Of a stretch of 64,000 nt of DNA, positions 1-18,600 are shown one piece after another. Position 1 is the stretch's first letter, and each line of letters starts with the position of its first letter. The translations under genes were made by a program, and so were the position numbers. Source of the stretch: the human T2T-CHM13v2.0 reference genome, Homo sapiens; the NCBI RefSeq assembly GCF_009914755.1, contig NC_060928.1, one strand, 5' to 3'. Under the pieces are notes generated by a model, which was not told where the DNA came from, made no database searches, and was given only the letters and a program-made list of their open reading frames with translations.

Positions 1-309
1 TGTAGCCTCCTGAAGCCAGAGTGAGAACTTGGTCTGATCTCCCTAGGAAGATTCCCAGTTGGCCGAAATGTTCAGCATGGCTCCTTGAAGTGCAACAATT
101 TGTGGGGCATTTTGCAATTGTCAGTGTCTATGAACTGAGAGCAGCTGTGTGATAAAATATGAGGGAGGGAAAATTTTTCTAAAATACCCAGTTTCCAATT
201 TGTGCCTGACTGGCAGTCAGAGAAAATTGTGCTGATTTAATTGGCAAGGAAAATGTGCACCCAAGGCACTTGCTGGGGTTTCCTTGCAAAGAAGGAAACC
301 CCAGAAAGA

Positions 310-336
310 ATATATATATATATACATATATATATA
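310..336. repeat. (TA)n microsatellite
   Basis: Visible TA run with one interruption. Confidence 0.9.
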
Positions 337-1198
337 AAATTATCATAGTATTAATATATTAACATAATATATTAAATAAATATTTATTTTTCAATTAAAA
401 AATATATGTTTTGAATGAGTTCTACACACCTTAGCATGCAAGCCTTTGGCAGCAACAAACTGTTCTCAGAGCTCTCTAGAAATGCTGCCTTATGCAACAG
501 ATCCTTAATAACTACAAAACCATTCAATTGAACAAACACTGAATTAGCCTGGGAGCAGATTTGGGAGGTAGGTGGACAAAGAGATAAATATAATACAGTC
601 CCCACCCTCTGGAAGATTACAACCTATCCTGAGAGGTGGATCTGGAAGGTAAAACACACAACCAAATAAACAAAATGCAAAAACAGAAGTTTACAACCTA
701 AGCATTGATAAACATAACAGAGTACCACTCTAACTGGGGTTAGGTTCTAAAATCAGAGAATAAATAGAAAATCTCATTTATTCAAAATTACCCTTGAAAG
801 TTTCATTAACCTGTCCATAAAGTGTTACATATATGGGTCATAAATATAAGTCTGTGCAATAATTCTTGTGTCCTTTAAAATTTTAAGAACTACTGGAGTT
901 AAAATGTAAGGAGCATAAACAAAGGGCATATGCTTTGTGTGAACATTCAAACTTGCCTACCAATGAGATAATTATTGAAGACCTAGCTGGGAATGGAGGT
1001 TGGAGTGTAAAATCATATAGTGCATCTGCTTGGTTTTTCTGCATCAGAAACGACCCCAAAACTCAGTGGCTTAATATAACAATCTTGCCTGGGCTTGGCT
1101 GTGCCAGTTCAGCTTTGCTCCACTGTTTCCCCATTCTCCCTGTAATACTATTGAGCTATCCTGGGCATGTTTTTTTCCATGGCAATTACAGAAGCTCA

Positions 1199-1496
<298 letters not shown>

Positions 1497-1547
1497 GTCA
1501 ACAAAACCCCAAGACCTTTCACTCAAGCACCTTTTAAGACTTTGCTT

Positions 1548-1862
<315 letters not shown>

Positions 1863-2171
1863 TCACACTGGCTATGACTAAAGGAAGTCACCTGACAAAG
1901 ACCAAAATCAAGTGATGGGGAGATAAGTTCTACATCTTTAGTGATTGGAACTGTAAAATCTCATGGCAAGCTGTATAGACACAAAGGAGGGTGGATTCAG
2001 TCCATCACTGGAATTTATTTCATTTCACATTTCAGAGTTTGGTCTCTAGCCTTCTTATTCATAAAATGAGCTACTTTCCCATAAGTTCCTTTTCTGCTTG
2101 AGTTGTAAACACTGTTAGTTTCTCTTTGCAACCATATATCCCACAAATAAAAATTAAATGTGCATAGCAAG

Positions 2172-2711
2172 CATAGGGGCAAAGGGGATTTCCCTTCACC
2201 CCTAGCAGACCTGAGTCTTTAAGTCTGCTGAAAAAGCAGGAGGAAAAGCATACAAATTTATTACCAAGCATGAGGACATCACAAGGAGGTGAGCACCCAG
2301 TAACCCAATGAAGTTCAGAAGCTTAGAGAACCTTCTTCATAGGAGAGAGGGAAGTGGGAGATGTAGGCAATAATCAATTTTAGAGGTGTAATAAATGATT
2401 TTTAGGGTAGATAATGGGCGCACAAAACAGAGAGTGGCCTCAGACAAAGTTTATCTGGGCTCTGGGTATAGTGTTTGGTTTTTAGTCTCTTCTTCCACGA
2501 TTTGTATTTAATCTTCCCTGGTTAATGAAATTGCAGTTAGAAGGTTGAAGGTAATTCTGTTCCTTTTTAGCAGATTTGATCTTTAGGTTGATAAGAGAAC
2601 TCCAGAGAACAGCCTCATGCAGCATCTACTGATCCCCATGTGCCTTTAATTTTAAATTGTCAGCATACCTGGTTGCTATATTTTGGGGTGACTTTCTTAG
2701 GACTTCTTCAG
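2172..2711 (-). mobile_element. Probable ERV1-class solo LTR (MER34-group-like)
   Basis: General resemblance only; boundaries approximate. Confidence 0.35.
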
Positions 2712-4153
2712 AAGCAGCTCCTCTGCCAGGCAGACTGTGAGATACACATAAAGTGAAATGGAAAGACATTAATTTTAGCAGGGAGAGGACACCCAAGAAG
2801 ACTTTTTGGAAAAGTTGGGATTTGTCTTGAATTGTGGGGAATGGGTAGGATTTGGATATTCCAGGCTGAAGGGAGGTTTCAGAGAGAAGGTGAAAATCTC
2901 ACTCTTCTGTTTGGAAAGCAGGTCCTTTTTTGTTGTTGTTGTTATCTATAAAATCACCTGTAGCTCTGGTCTCAAATTATTTCTACAGATAAAAAATAAG
3001 AACTTTAGAAATCACCAGTGTGTGCATATAAAGTATCACATCTCCTACAAACATGCCAGAGCTCAGTTCAATCAAGCTTTCCTCTCAAAGCACAGTCAAA
3101 GCAGACATCAGGAAGGATCCAATGTGGGACTGAAGGAAAGTAAAGATGGCTTCATTGTACTTAGCTTATGCTGCCCTGAAACACAGTTTAGCTTTCACAG
3201 AGCCTCAGTTTCCATGTCTATGTGCTTGACAGTGTTGACTAAGCTTGGTTCATGGGGAGATTGGTTCCCAGAGAGAAACTTCACATCCACCTTCACATCA
3301 GAATGGGACCATCTCCAGTTCACAATACTAAGAGTGGAACTAAACTTTGATGACTACAGAATTTAGCTAGACTTTAAACAAGAAGTGGAAAGGGATGATG
3401 GCTTTGGGAGATGGGGGGTGTTAGAATAAAAGGATTATTTTTCACTCAAATGGTGAAAAAGAGTAGATAAGGGAGGAAAATTCTAAAGAATGAATACTTA
3501 GAAAGTCAGTAGTGGGAATTCATCAAGTTTTGGAGAAGGGGAGACTAAGTTTTATGAAGACCCAAGTTATCTGTTTTGTTCATTGTTATTTTCCTAGTGT
3601 CTGGTATATGATACAATTATACAATGCAATAATGCAATACATGAAAGAAAACAATTATATAGATAGACACATACATACACATACATATACATATGTTCAT
3701 ATATGTATATAAACATAGTTCAAAATTTTTACTTATGTCAATGGTATACAAATTGATTCTTCTCTAAAAGTCAAACAATTAAAAAGTATGTAAAGCAACA
3801 GTGAAAGCTGTTTTTCACTAATCCTGCAATTTCACTCTCTTCCCCAGAAATAATTGCAGCTATGAATTTGATATGTGAGCTTTCAGATAGTTTTCTCTGA
3901 CTAGATGGCCTAGAATGTGAAATGTAACTCACCCTCTACTGGATTGATCTAAATTACTGCTTAAATAATGTTAAAAGCAGTACATTTACTTGTAGTCTAC
4001 GTTCATTCTTTCTTCACCCATTACATGAAACTTTCTCATTCTAAGTGGAGTGCTATGCCAAATTCTAAGAAAGTTGTCTAACTTAAGGTGTTCAACCCCC
4101 ACTTAAAAGGCCATACCAGAACCATTTAGGCTTTTAGCCAACCATAAACATCG

Positions 4154-4192
4154 TGTGTGTGTGTGTGTGTGTGCGTGTGTGTGTGTGTGTGT
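4154..4192. repeat. (TG)n microsatellite
   Basis: Visible TG run. Confidence 0.95.
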
Positions 4193-4257
4193 ACTCCACA
4201 ATTCTTCCTCTTCAATTCAGAAAGAGTTGCTCCCAAGGCAGCTCCTAAATGCTGGAA

Positions 4258-4677
4258 GTATTCATTTGCTAGGGCTGCTATAAGAAAGTACCACAACTGG
4301 GTGGCTTAAACCACAGAAATGTATTGCCTCATAGTTATGGAGGCTAGAAGTCTGAGACCAAGATGTTGGTAGGGTTGTTTCCTTCTGAGGGCTAAGAAGG
4401 AGTGATCTGTTGATTACCTCTCTTCTTGGCTTATAGATGGTCATCTTCTCCTGGTGTCTTCACGTTGTCTTCCCTTTGAACACGTCTGTGAAAGTGTCCA
4501 CATTTTTCCCTTTTATAAGGATATGAGTCATATTGAGTTAGAGCTCACCTTAATGACTTCATTTTAACATGATTACCTTTGGAAAGATTCTAGCTCTAAA
4601 TAAGGTCACATTCTGACATGGTGGATGTTAGGATTCCAACATATATTTTTTGTAAGGACACAATTCAACCCATAACA
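4258..4677 (-). mobile_element. MLT1B/C MaLR solo LTR
   Basis: gctagggctgctataagaaagtaccacaactgggtggcttaaa ... gacacaattcaacccataaca termini typical of MLT1B/C. Confidence 0.85.
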
Positions 4678-4819
4678 CTCAGTTACTAGGGATTATATTC
4701 ATAAAACACTGTCTCAGAAATCTTTCTTTTAGTTGCTTTGAATTATTTTATTTGGAGGAAGCCAGACCATTAAAGATCCTGGACCATATTATTGTGGCCA
4801 CTTTTACATTTGTTGTTGG

Positions 4820-5514
4820 TGAGGCAGTTCAGGTTCTTGAGTTTGTTGTGCAAAACAATTTGAGAGTGAGTCCAAAGTAAGAGTAGGACAAGAAGTTTAT
4901 TGCAAAGCAAAAGTACACCTGGAAAGGCAGACCAGGCTGCTCAAAGGGTGAAACAGCCCCTAGTGCCTTAAGGGAAATTCCCTTTATGTGAACTGTACAT
5001 ACATATTCATAAAATACTGGTGAGGTCAAGCATGCAAAGGTGGACCTGAAGCTGATTCATGCACTCAGAATCTACAAGCTCTAACATGCATCACATGCAT
5101 CATTAGCATCTAAAATCTCTACCTAGGGGTGTGTTTTTTCTATTAAAATGAAGAAAAGGTCACTATAAGCTAAATCTTGAGCCTAGCTGCACAGATGAGA
5201 CCCAGAAATGTCCCTAGCCTCCCCAAGGCTGGAATTTGTAGCTAATAGCTTCTTGGGATTTTGGTGCTGATTGGCTGGAAATTAGGGGAGCCACATCATG
5301 AATAAGGGGCTCTTGCTTTATTTCCCCGGTCATTTTGGGTGTCAGGAGCTTGAAACTATCTGGCAGTCAGTCAGTTGACATCCTGTAGGATTGCTTATCT
5401 TGCAAAAGAGTTAGGTGTTGAGGCAGAAGGGTGTGAGGATGGGAGAGGAGACTGCAAGGCTTCACACAAAGGGACAAGTCAGTGTAGCCTCCTAACCTTG
5501 CTTGTCCTACCTCA
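4820..5514 (-). mobile_element. ERV1-class solo LTR (subfamily uncertain)
   Basis: TG...CA ends, aagtttattgcaaagc (reverse-strand AATAAA), gttgg on both flanks as a possible TSD. Confidence 0.65.
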
Positions 5515-6848
5515 AGTTGGCTTTTATTGACATCTCTCACACATTACCAACATTTTACTTACCAGACCTTTTCATGAAAAATGCGAATGCAGCTTAGCTG
5601 ATGAATAAACTTAGCAAATAAGATGGGTAGAAAAGCTCAACTCCCCCACTCCCCTACTTTAAGATAGAGAACACAACAATTCTTTGGAAAATAGGGACTA
5701 CTTCATAGATTCCAGGTGGGCATATTTTTTGGGGTGCCACAACATAACATATTATACTAGCATATGAGAAAGAGGCAAGAGGTGGGTGTGGGATTCAGAA
5801 AGGATCAGGAGAGAGTGCTAAAGATCAAATTTGCTGTCATTGTAATCCTGCCTTGGAATTGGAAGCAGCTGATGCACCCTAGAAAACTGCTGCCAAAAGC
5901 TGTTGATGCCCCCATTAAGCTACTAGAACTGGCTCGGATGGTTGAAATTAAGTATTCTCTAATTTTACCTAATTTTTTGCATTCTTTTTGTGGCTGAGAT
6001 GAGTAATTAGCCCTCAGTATCTATTCTTTCCTTCTTTCTTTTAGTAATAGAATCTTCAACTCAAGTATTTTTCACATTTTTATTGTTTTATTTTGTTTTA
6101 AATTGCCAAATAATAAATGTACATTTTTATGGGGTAAAGTGTGATGTTTCAATACAAGAATACATTGTGTAATGATCAAAGCAGAGTAATTAGAATATTC
6201 ATCACCTCAAACATTTATCATTTATTTGTGGTGAGAGCATTCAAAATCCTCTTTTCACTATGTTGAAAAATACAATACATTATTTTTAACTATAGACATC
6301 CCATTATGCAGTAGAACACCAGAACTCATTCCTCCAAGCTGTAATTTTGTACTTATTGACCAGCTCTTCCTATCCCTACTCCTTCCTCCCTTCTCCAGTC
6401 TGTGGTAACCACCATCCTACTCTCTACTTCTATGAGATCAATTTTTCCAGATTCCACTTATAAGTGAAATCATGTGATATTTGTCATTCTGTGCTTGCTT
6501 ATTTCACTTAACATAATGTCCTATAGGTTCATCCATGTTTTTGCAAATGGCTGGATTTTGTTCCTTTTTATGGCTGAATAGTATTTCATTGTGTATATAT
6601 ACCACATTTTCTTTTTTTTTTCTTTTTTTAAAAATTTATTATTATTATACTTTAAGTTTTAGGGTACATGTGCACAATGTGCAGGTTAGCTACATATGTA
6701 TACATGTGCCATGCTGGTGCGCTGCACCCACTAACTCGTCATCTAGCATTAGGTATATCTCCCAATGCTAAGCCTCTCGCCTCCCACCACCCCACAACAG
6801 TCTCCAGAGTGTGATGTTCCCCTTCCTGTGTCCATGTGTTCTCATTGT

Positions 6849-10673
<3,825 letters not shown>

Positions 10674-10736
10674 TATGATGTTAGCTGGTTATTTTGCTCA
10701 TTAGTTAATGCAGTTTCTTCCTAGTCTCAATGGTCT

Positions 10737-11753
10737 TCACATTTTGGCATGATTTTGCAGTGGCTGGTATCGGTTGTTCCTTTCCATGTTTAGTGCTTCC
10801 TTCAGGAGCTCTTTTAGGGCAGGCCTGGTGGTGACAAAATCTCTCAGCATTTGCTTGTCTGTAAAGTATTTTATTTCTCCTTTGCTTATGAAGCTTAGTT
10901 TGGCTGGATATGAAATTCTGGGTTGAAAATTCTTTTCTTTAAGAATGTTGAATACTGGCCCCCACTCTCTTCTGGCTTGTAGAGTTTCTGCTGAGAGATC
11001 CGCTGTTATTCTGATGAGCTTCCCTTTGTGGGTAACCCAACCTTTCTCTCTGGCTGCCCTTAACATTTTTTCCTTCATTTCAACTTTGGTGAATCTGACA
11101 ATTATGTGTCTTGGAGTTGCTCTTCTCGAGGAGTATCTTTGTGGCATTCTCTGTATTTCCTGAATCTGAATGTTGGCCTGCCTTGCTAGATTGGGGAAGT
11201 TCTCCTGGATGATATCCTGCAGAGTGTTTTCCAACTTGGTTCCATTTTCCCCGTCACTTTCAGGTACACCAATCAGACGTAGATTTGGTCTTTTCACATA
11301 GTCCCATATTTCTTGGATGCTTTGCTCAGTTCTTTTTATTCTTTTTTCTCTAAACTTCGCTTCTCTCTTCATTTCATTCACTTCATCTTCTATCGCTGAT
11401 ACCTTTTCTTCAAGTTGATTGCATTGGCTCCTGAGGCTTCTGCATTCTTCACGTAGTTCTCGAGCCTTGGTTTTCAGCTCCATCAGCTCCTTTAAGCACT
11501 TCTCTGTATTGGTTATTCTAGTTATACATTATTCTAAACTTTTTTCAAAGTTTTCAACTTCTTTCCCTTTGGTTTGAATTTCCTCCTGTAGCTCAGAGTA
11601 ATTTGATCGTCTGAAGCCTTCTTCTCTAACCTCGTCAAAGTCATTCTCCGTCCAGCTTTGTTCCGTTGTTGGTGAGGAACTGCGTTCCTTTGGAGGAGGA
11701 GAGGCGCTCTGCTTTTTAGAGTTTCCAGTTTTTCTGCTCTGTTTTTTCCCCAT
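10737..11753 (-). pseudogene. ORF1: L1 ORF1 (RNA-binding protein) with one nonsense codon
   Basis: MGKKQSRK...QNHAKM in a single 339-codon frame; TAA in place of GAA at 11529-11531 (codon 75). Confidence 0.95.
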
Positions 11754-12658
11754 CTTTGTGGTTTTATCTAATTTTGGTCTTTGATGATGGTGATGTACAG
11801 ATGGGTTTTTGGTGTGGATGTCCTTTCTGTTTGTTAGTTTTCCGTCTATCAGACAGGACCCTCAGCTGCAGGTCTGTTGGAGTACCCGGCCCTATGAGGT
11901 GTCAGTCTGCCCCTGCTTGGGGGGTGCCTCCCAGTTAGGCTGCTCAGGGGTCAGGGGTCAGGGACCCACTTAAGGAGGCAGTCTGCCCATTCTCAGATCT
12001 CCAGCTGCGTGCTGGGAGAACCACTGCTCTCTTCAAAGCTCTCAGACAGGGACATTTAAGTCTGCAGAGGTTACTGCTGTCTTTTTCTTTGTCTGTGCCC
12101 TGCCTCCAGAGGTGGAGCCTACAAAGGCAGGCAGGCCTCCTTCAGTTGCGGTGGGCTCCACCCAGTTCAAGCTTCTGGGCTGCTTTGTTTACCTAAGCAA
12201 GCCTGGGCAATGGCGGGCGCCCCTTCCCCAGCCTCGATGCTGCCTTGCAGTTTGATCTCAGACTGCTGTGCTAGCAATCAGCGAGACTCTGTGGGCCTAG
12301 GACCTTCCAAGCCAGGTATGGGATATAATCTCCTGGTGCGGCGTTTTTTAAGTCCATCGGAAAAGCGCAGTATTCGGGTGGGAGTGACTCAATTTTCCAG
12401 GTGCCGTCTGTCACCCCTTTCTTTGACTAGGAAAAGGAACTCCCTGACCCCTTGCACTTCCCGAGCGAGGCAATGCCTCGCCCTGCTTCTGCTCGCACAT
12501 GGTGCGTGCACCCACTGACCTGCGCCCACTGTCTGGCACTCCCTAGTGAGATGAACCCAGTACCTCAGATGGAAATGCAGAAATCACCCATCTTCTGTGT
12601 TGCTCACGCTGGGAGCTGTAGACCGGAGCTGTTCCTATTCGGCCATCTTGGCTCCTCC
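11754..12658 (-). promoter_or_regulatory. L1PA3 5' UTR (internal sense promoter and antisense promoter)
   Basis: Complete ~900-bp 5' UTR; YY1 site CAAGATGGCC intact at 12641-12650. Confidence 0.85.
12210..12518 (+). CDS. ORF0: L1 antisense ORF0, open frame of 102 aa
   Basis: MAGAPSPASMLPCSLISDCCASNQRDSVG... matches primate ORF0; start context gcaATGg; expression unknown. Confidence 0.7.
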   Translation: MAGAPSPASMLPCSLISDCCASNQRDSVGLGPSKPGMGYNLLVRRFLSPSEKRSIRVGVTQFSRCRLSPLSLTRKRNSLTPCTSRARQCLALLLLAHGACTH

Positions 12659-15600
12659 CATTTTGTTTATTATTTATCCACCAATGGGCACTTAGGTTGA
12701 TTCCATATCTTGGCTATTGTGAATAGTGCTTCAATAAACATGGGAGGCCAGATATCTCTTCAACATATTGATTTCCTTTCCCTTGGATATACACTAAGTA
12801 ATGGAATTGTTGGCTCATATAGTAGTTCTATTTTTAATTTTTTGAGGAACGTGCATACTGTTGACATAATGGCTGTACTAATTTACATTCCTACTGACGG
12901 TGTGTAAGAGTTCCCCTTTCTCTACATCCTTCCCAGCATTTTTAATGTTTTTGCCTTTCTGATAATACCCATTCTAACTGGGGTGAGATGATATCTCATT
13001 TTGGTTTTGGTTTGCAATTCCCTGATGATTAGTGATGTTCAGCATTTTTCCATTATATCTGTTGGCCATTTGTATGTCCTCTTTTGAGAGCTGTCTATTT
13101 AGGTTTTCTGCCTGTTTTTTAAACTGGATTATTTCTTTGTTGCTATTGACTTGAGTTTCTTATACATTCTGGATATTAATCTCTCATCGGATGCACAGTT
13201 TGCAAATATTTTCTCCTGTTCTACAGGTTATCTATTCCATTGACTGTTTCCTTTGCTGTGCAGAAGATTTTTCATATGATGTAATCCCATTTGTCAATAT
13301 TTCCTTTTCTTGCCTGTGCTTTTGAGGTGCTATCGAAAAATTCCTCACTCAGACCAGTGTCATAAAGTGATGTTTCCTCTGTTTTTTTTTTTTTTTTTTT
13401 TCAGTAGTTTCATAGTTTGGGGGTTTTAAATTTGTCTTTAATCTATTTTGAGTTGATTTTGTACATGGTGAGAAACAGGGGTCTAGTCTTATTCTTCTGC
13501 ATGTTGATACCCAGTTTTTCTAGCACCCTTTATTGAAGAGACTGTCCTTTCCCCAATGTTTTGCTGCCTTTCTCAAAAATAAGTTGGCTGTAAATACCTG
13601 GATTTATTTCTGGGTTCTCTATCTCTTCCATTCATCTGTGTGTCTGTTTTTGTGCCAGGACTATCTCTTTTGGTTACTATAGCTTTGTAGTATATTTTGA
13701 AGTCAGCTAGTGTGATGCCTATAGCTTTGTCATTTTTGCTCAAGATTGTTTTGGCTATTTGGGTAATTTCGTTGTTTCATACAAATTTTAGAATACCTTT
13801 ATCTATTTCTGTGAAGAATGCCATTAGTATTTCGATAGGGATTGCACTGATTTGGTAGATCACTTTGGTTAGTATTAATATATACGTTTTAGCAATATTC
13901 TTCCAATTCATGAACGTAAAATACCTTTCCATTTGTGTCCTTGTCAATTTCTTTCATCAATATTTTATAGTTTTCATTGTAGAAATTTTTCACCTCCTTA
14001 ATTAAATTTATTCCTACTTGTTTTGGTAGCTATTGTGAATGTGAATGGGTTTATTTTCTTGATTGCCTTTTTAGATAGTTCACTGTTAGCATACAGAAAT
14101 GCTACTGATTTTTGCATGTAGATTTTGTATCCTGCAAGTTTACTGAATTTATTAGTTCCATTAGTTTTTTTGGTAAAGTCTCTAGGGTTTTTTATATATA
14201 AGATCATGTTGTCCAAAAACAGGGCTAATTTGACTTCCTGCTATCCAATTTGGTTGTTCCTTATTGTTTTTTTCTTGCCTAATGGCTCTGGCTAAGAGTG
14301 TCAGTACAATGTTGACTAGGTAGTAAAAGTTGGCATCCTTTTCTAGATTTATATCTTACAGAAACCTTTCAGCTTTTATCTATTCAGTATGATGTTAGCT
14401 GTGGGTTTGTCATATATAGACTATTGTTAAGAAGTACGTTTCTTCTATACCTAGTTTATTGAGGGTTTCTTAATTATTAAAGGGTGTTGAATTATCAAAT
14501 GCCTTTTCTGCCTCTAATAAAATGATCTTATGGTGTTTTCCTTCATTCTGTTAATGTAATGTATCATGTTTATTGATGCATGCATGTTGAGCTATCCTTG
14601 CCTCCCTGGGATGAATCCCATTTGGATGTGGTGAATGCTCTTTTTAATGTGCCATTGAATTTGGTTTGCTAGTATTTTGTTGAAGATTTTTGCATTTATA
14701 GTCATCAAGGGTATTGGCTTCTGGTTTACTTTTTTTGTTGTGTCTTTATCTGGTTTTGTCATCAGGGCAATGCTGGCCTCAAACAATGAGTTTTGAAGAA
14801 TTTTTTCCCCTTCAATTTTGTTGAATAGTTTGAGACGAATTTGTGTTAGTTCTTCTTTAAATGTTAGGTAGAATTCAGCAGTAAAGCTGTCAGGTCCTGG
14901 ACTCTTCTTTGATGGGAGACTTTTTATTACTGATTCAATCTTGTTACACATTATTGATCTATTCAGATTTTCTATTTCTTCATACTTCAATCTTGGTAGG
15001 TTGTATTTGTCCAGAAATTTATTATCCATTTCCTCTAGATTTTCTAATTTGTCAGTATATAGTTTTTCATAATAGTCTTTTATGATCTTTTGTATTTCTG
15101 TGGTATCCATTGTAATGTCTCCTTTTTTATCTCATTTTAATTATCTCTCTTATTTTTAGTCTAGCTAAAGATTTGTTAATTTTGTTTACCTTTTCAAAAA
15201 TCCAACGTTTTATTTGTTTATTTTTTGTATTTTTTTTTAGTCTCTATATTGTTTATGTCTGCTCTGATCTTTAGCATTTCTTTCTGACTACTACTTTTTG
15301 ACTGTTTTTCCTTGTTTTTCTAGCTCTTTGAGGTACTACTTTAGGTTATTTAGTTGAGATCTTTCTACTTTTTTGATGTTGGCATTTACTGCTTTAAACT
15401 TCCCTCTTACAACTGCTTTTGCTGTATTCTCTAGGTTTGTCATGTTTCCATTTTCAATTGTTTCAAGAATTTTAAAAATTTCCTTCTTAATTTCTTTATT
15501 GACCCATTGGTTATTCAGGAGAATATTGTTTCATTTCATTTATTTGTACAGTTTTGAAAGTTTCTCCTGTTATTGACTTCTAGGTTTATTGTACTGTGAT

Positions 15601-18600
15601 CATGAAAGACATTTGATATTATTTTGATTTTAAAAAAATTGTTGAGTCTTGTTTTGTCACCTAACATGTGCTCTATCCTGGAGAATGTCTCATGTGCTGT
15701 TGAGAAGAACGTGTATTCTACGCTGTTGGATGGAATGTTCTGTAAATGTCTTTGGTCCGTTTGGTCTAGAGTCTGGTTTATTTCTGATGTTTCTTTGTTA
15801 ATTTTCTGTCTGGATAACCTGTTCATTGCTGAAAGTGGGATGGTGAAGTCCCCTACTATAATTGTATTGCAGTATCTCTCTCCCTTTAGGTCTACTAAAA
15901 TTTGCTTTTACATTTAGTCGCTCCAATGTTGGGTGCATATATATTTATAATTGTTGAATGCTCTTGCCGTATTCACCCCTGTATCATTATATGGCATTCT
16001 TCTTTGTCTCTTTTTACAGTTTTGGCTTAAAGTATATTTTATCTTATGTAAATACAGTGGCACCTGCTCTTTTTTTGGTTTCCATTTGTATGGAATATCT
16101 TTTTCCATCCCTTCACTTTCAGTCTGTGAGTATCCTTACAGATGAAGTGAGTCTCTTATAGGCAGCATATAATTGGGGCCTTTGGAAAAAAATCCATTTA
16201 GTCACCTATGTCTTTTAATTGGAGAAGTTAATCCATTTACATTGAAGGTAAGTATTGTTAGGCAAGGGCTTCCTACTGCCATTTTGTTACTTGTTTTCCA
16301 GTTGTTTTATAGATTCTTTCTTCCTTTCTTCTTTTCTAACTCTTTTTCTTTGTTAGTTAAGTGATTTTCTCTAATAGTGTGTTTTGATTCTTTTTATTTT
16401 TAATTAAATTATTTTATATATAATTATTTATGATTATTTTAATTATAGATTTTTGTTTTGTGGTTACCACCGGCTTACCAAGAACATCTTATAGTTATAA
16501 CAAGTTATTTTAAACTGACTAGAACTTAACTTTGGTAACAGAAAAAAGAAACATAAAACCCTGTACAGTTTGCCTTCATTCTCCTTCCACATTTTGAGTG
16601 TTTGGCATCACAGCTTGCATCTTAGTTTTGCCTATCTCTTAACAAATTGTCTTAGCTATTATTATTTTTAACAATTTTGTATTGTAATCTTCATACTAAA
16701 GATATAAGTGATTTACACACCAAAAATTATGGTGTTAGAGTATTCTGAATTTTTCTGTATATACACTTTTACCAATGAGTTTTATGCTTTCAAATGTTTT
16801 CTTGTTACACATTAGTATCTTTTTCATTCAGTATGAAGAACTAGCTTCAGCATATCTTATAAGCTAGCTTCAGCATAGCTTTTGTTTGGGAAAGTCTTTG
16901 CCTCACCTTCATTTCTGAATGACAGCTTTGCTGAGTACAGTATTCTTGGTTGCCAGTTTGTGTTTTTTTAGTACTCTAATTCTATTATTCCAATTTCCTC
17001 CTGGCCTGCAAGGTTTCTGCTGGGAAGTCTGTTGCCAGACACATTGGAATTTCCTTATATGTTATTTGCTTCTTTTCTTTCACTGATTTGAGCATCCTTT
17101 CTTGGTCTTTGACCTTTACAATTTTGATTATAATATGTATTGGGGTAGTTTTATTTGGAATGACACTGATTAGTGAACTTTAACCTTCTCTACCTGGATA
17201 TTTATACATTTTTTTAGGTTTGTAAAGTTTTCTGTTATTTCTTTGAGTAAGACTTCTACCCTTTTGTCTTTTCCTGCTCCCACTTGAAATCCAGTGACCC
17301 AAATATTTGCTCTGTTAATGCAATACCATAGATCCTGTAAGCTTTCTTTGTTCCTTTTCATTATTTTTTCTTTTTTTTCATCTCACTGTGTATTTTCAAA
17401 TAGTCTATCTTCAAGCTCACTGATTCTTCTGCTTGATTAAGTCTGCTTTTGATGCTCTCTATTGCATTTTTGAATTTCATTCATTGTATTTTTCAGCTCC
17501 CAAATTTTTGTTTCATTTTTTAACATTTTAATCTCTCTGTTAAATTTTTAAAATAAAGTTCTGAATCTTTTCTCTGTTTTCTTGAGATTCAGTGAATTTT
17601 CTTAATGTAGCTATTTTGAATTTTTTGTCTCCATCTCTTTAGGGTCTGTCGCTGGCACCTTGTTTTGTTCATTTAGTGAAATCCTAATTCCCTGATTGTT
17701 CTCATCTTTGCGGACATATGTTCTTATTTTTGTGGGCTTATTTTATGTGACATATGTCAATGTCTTTGCACTGAAGAGTTGGGTATTTATTCCAGTTTTG
17801 AAGTTTGCCTTTGTGTTGCTCTTTCTTCAGTGGGCCTGTCCAGAAATCTAAGCAGACTGACTGTTATGAGAGCCCATAATCGCTGAAGCCATTTCAGCAC
17901 TAGTGGGTATCCTGAACCCATGTTTGCTGTGAGTCTTGCAAGGGCTCTAAGATTGATGCAGCACCTTGGCCTAGATGGACCTGGGGAAGATGCAAAGGGT
18001 GTACCCAGGCTGTGTAGGAAAACGCCCAGGGGTCCAAGTGTGAAAGCCTGTACTATTGGCCCAGACAGGCATGCATTTCATGGCAGGTCTCTGAACAGGT
18101 GGGACAGTTCTTTGACTGTACCCTCATGATAAACTGTGGGATGGGAATCAGTGGGCTTAGCCTAGTGGCCCTGACGTGTATGCTTGTGAGCATTCTTCTG
18201 CTCAGGCAAGGTCTCCTTGATTGTGGAAAGAGAGTGGAAACTGGCCCCTTAGGATCTGCTGTGGGACAGACAACTGTGAGGCTTCTCCAGTAGCCCAGCC
18301 AAGTGTGCATTCCCCAGCAGTTCCCCACAAAGTTGGGCGAGCTCCCTGAGTGCAGCAAGCTGAGACTGGCCCCCTCAGTCTCTACTTTTGGATGGAGACC
18401 AGAAGGTACATTATGGAGGCTTAGATGGATGTGAAATATGAGTGAGTCTTGCTCTGGGTCCTTGTATGTGCAGTAATAAGTAGGAACCATGCTGAGGAAG
18501 CTGAGCCAAGTTATAGGGTAACTGTCAGATCCAGTCTTGAGAGTGATGGCAGGCAGAAAAGCTTTTCTGCTGAGGCAGTAGTGTGCATGATTCCTTCTAA

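Noticed and set aside
2806-3366. 186-aa ORF
   Set aside because: Non-ATG start, begins in L2-like sequence, no recognisable domain or exon structure
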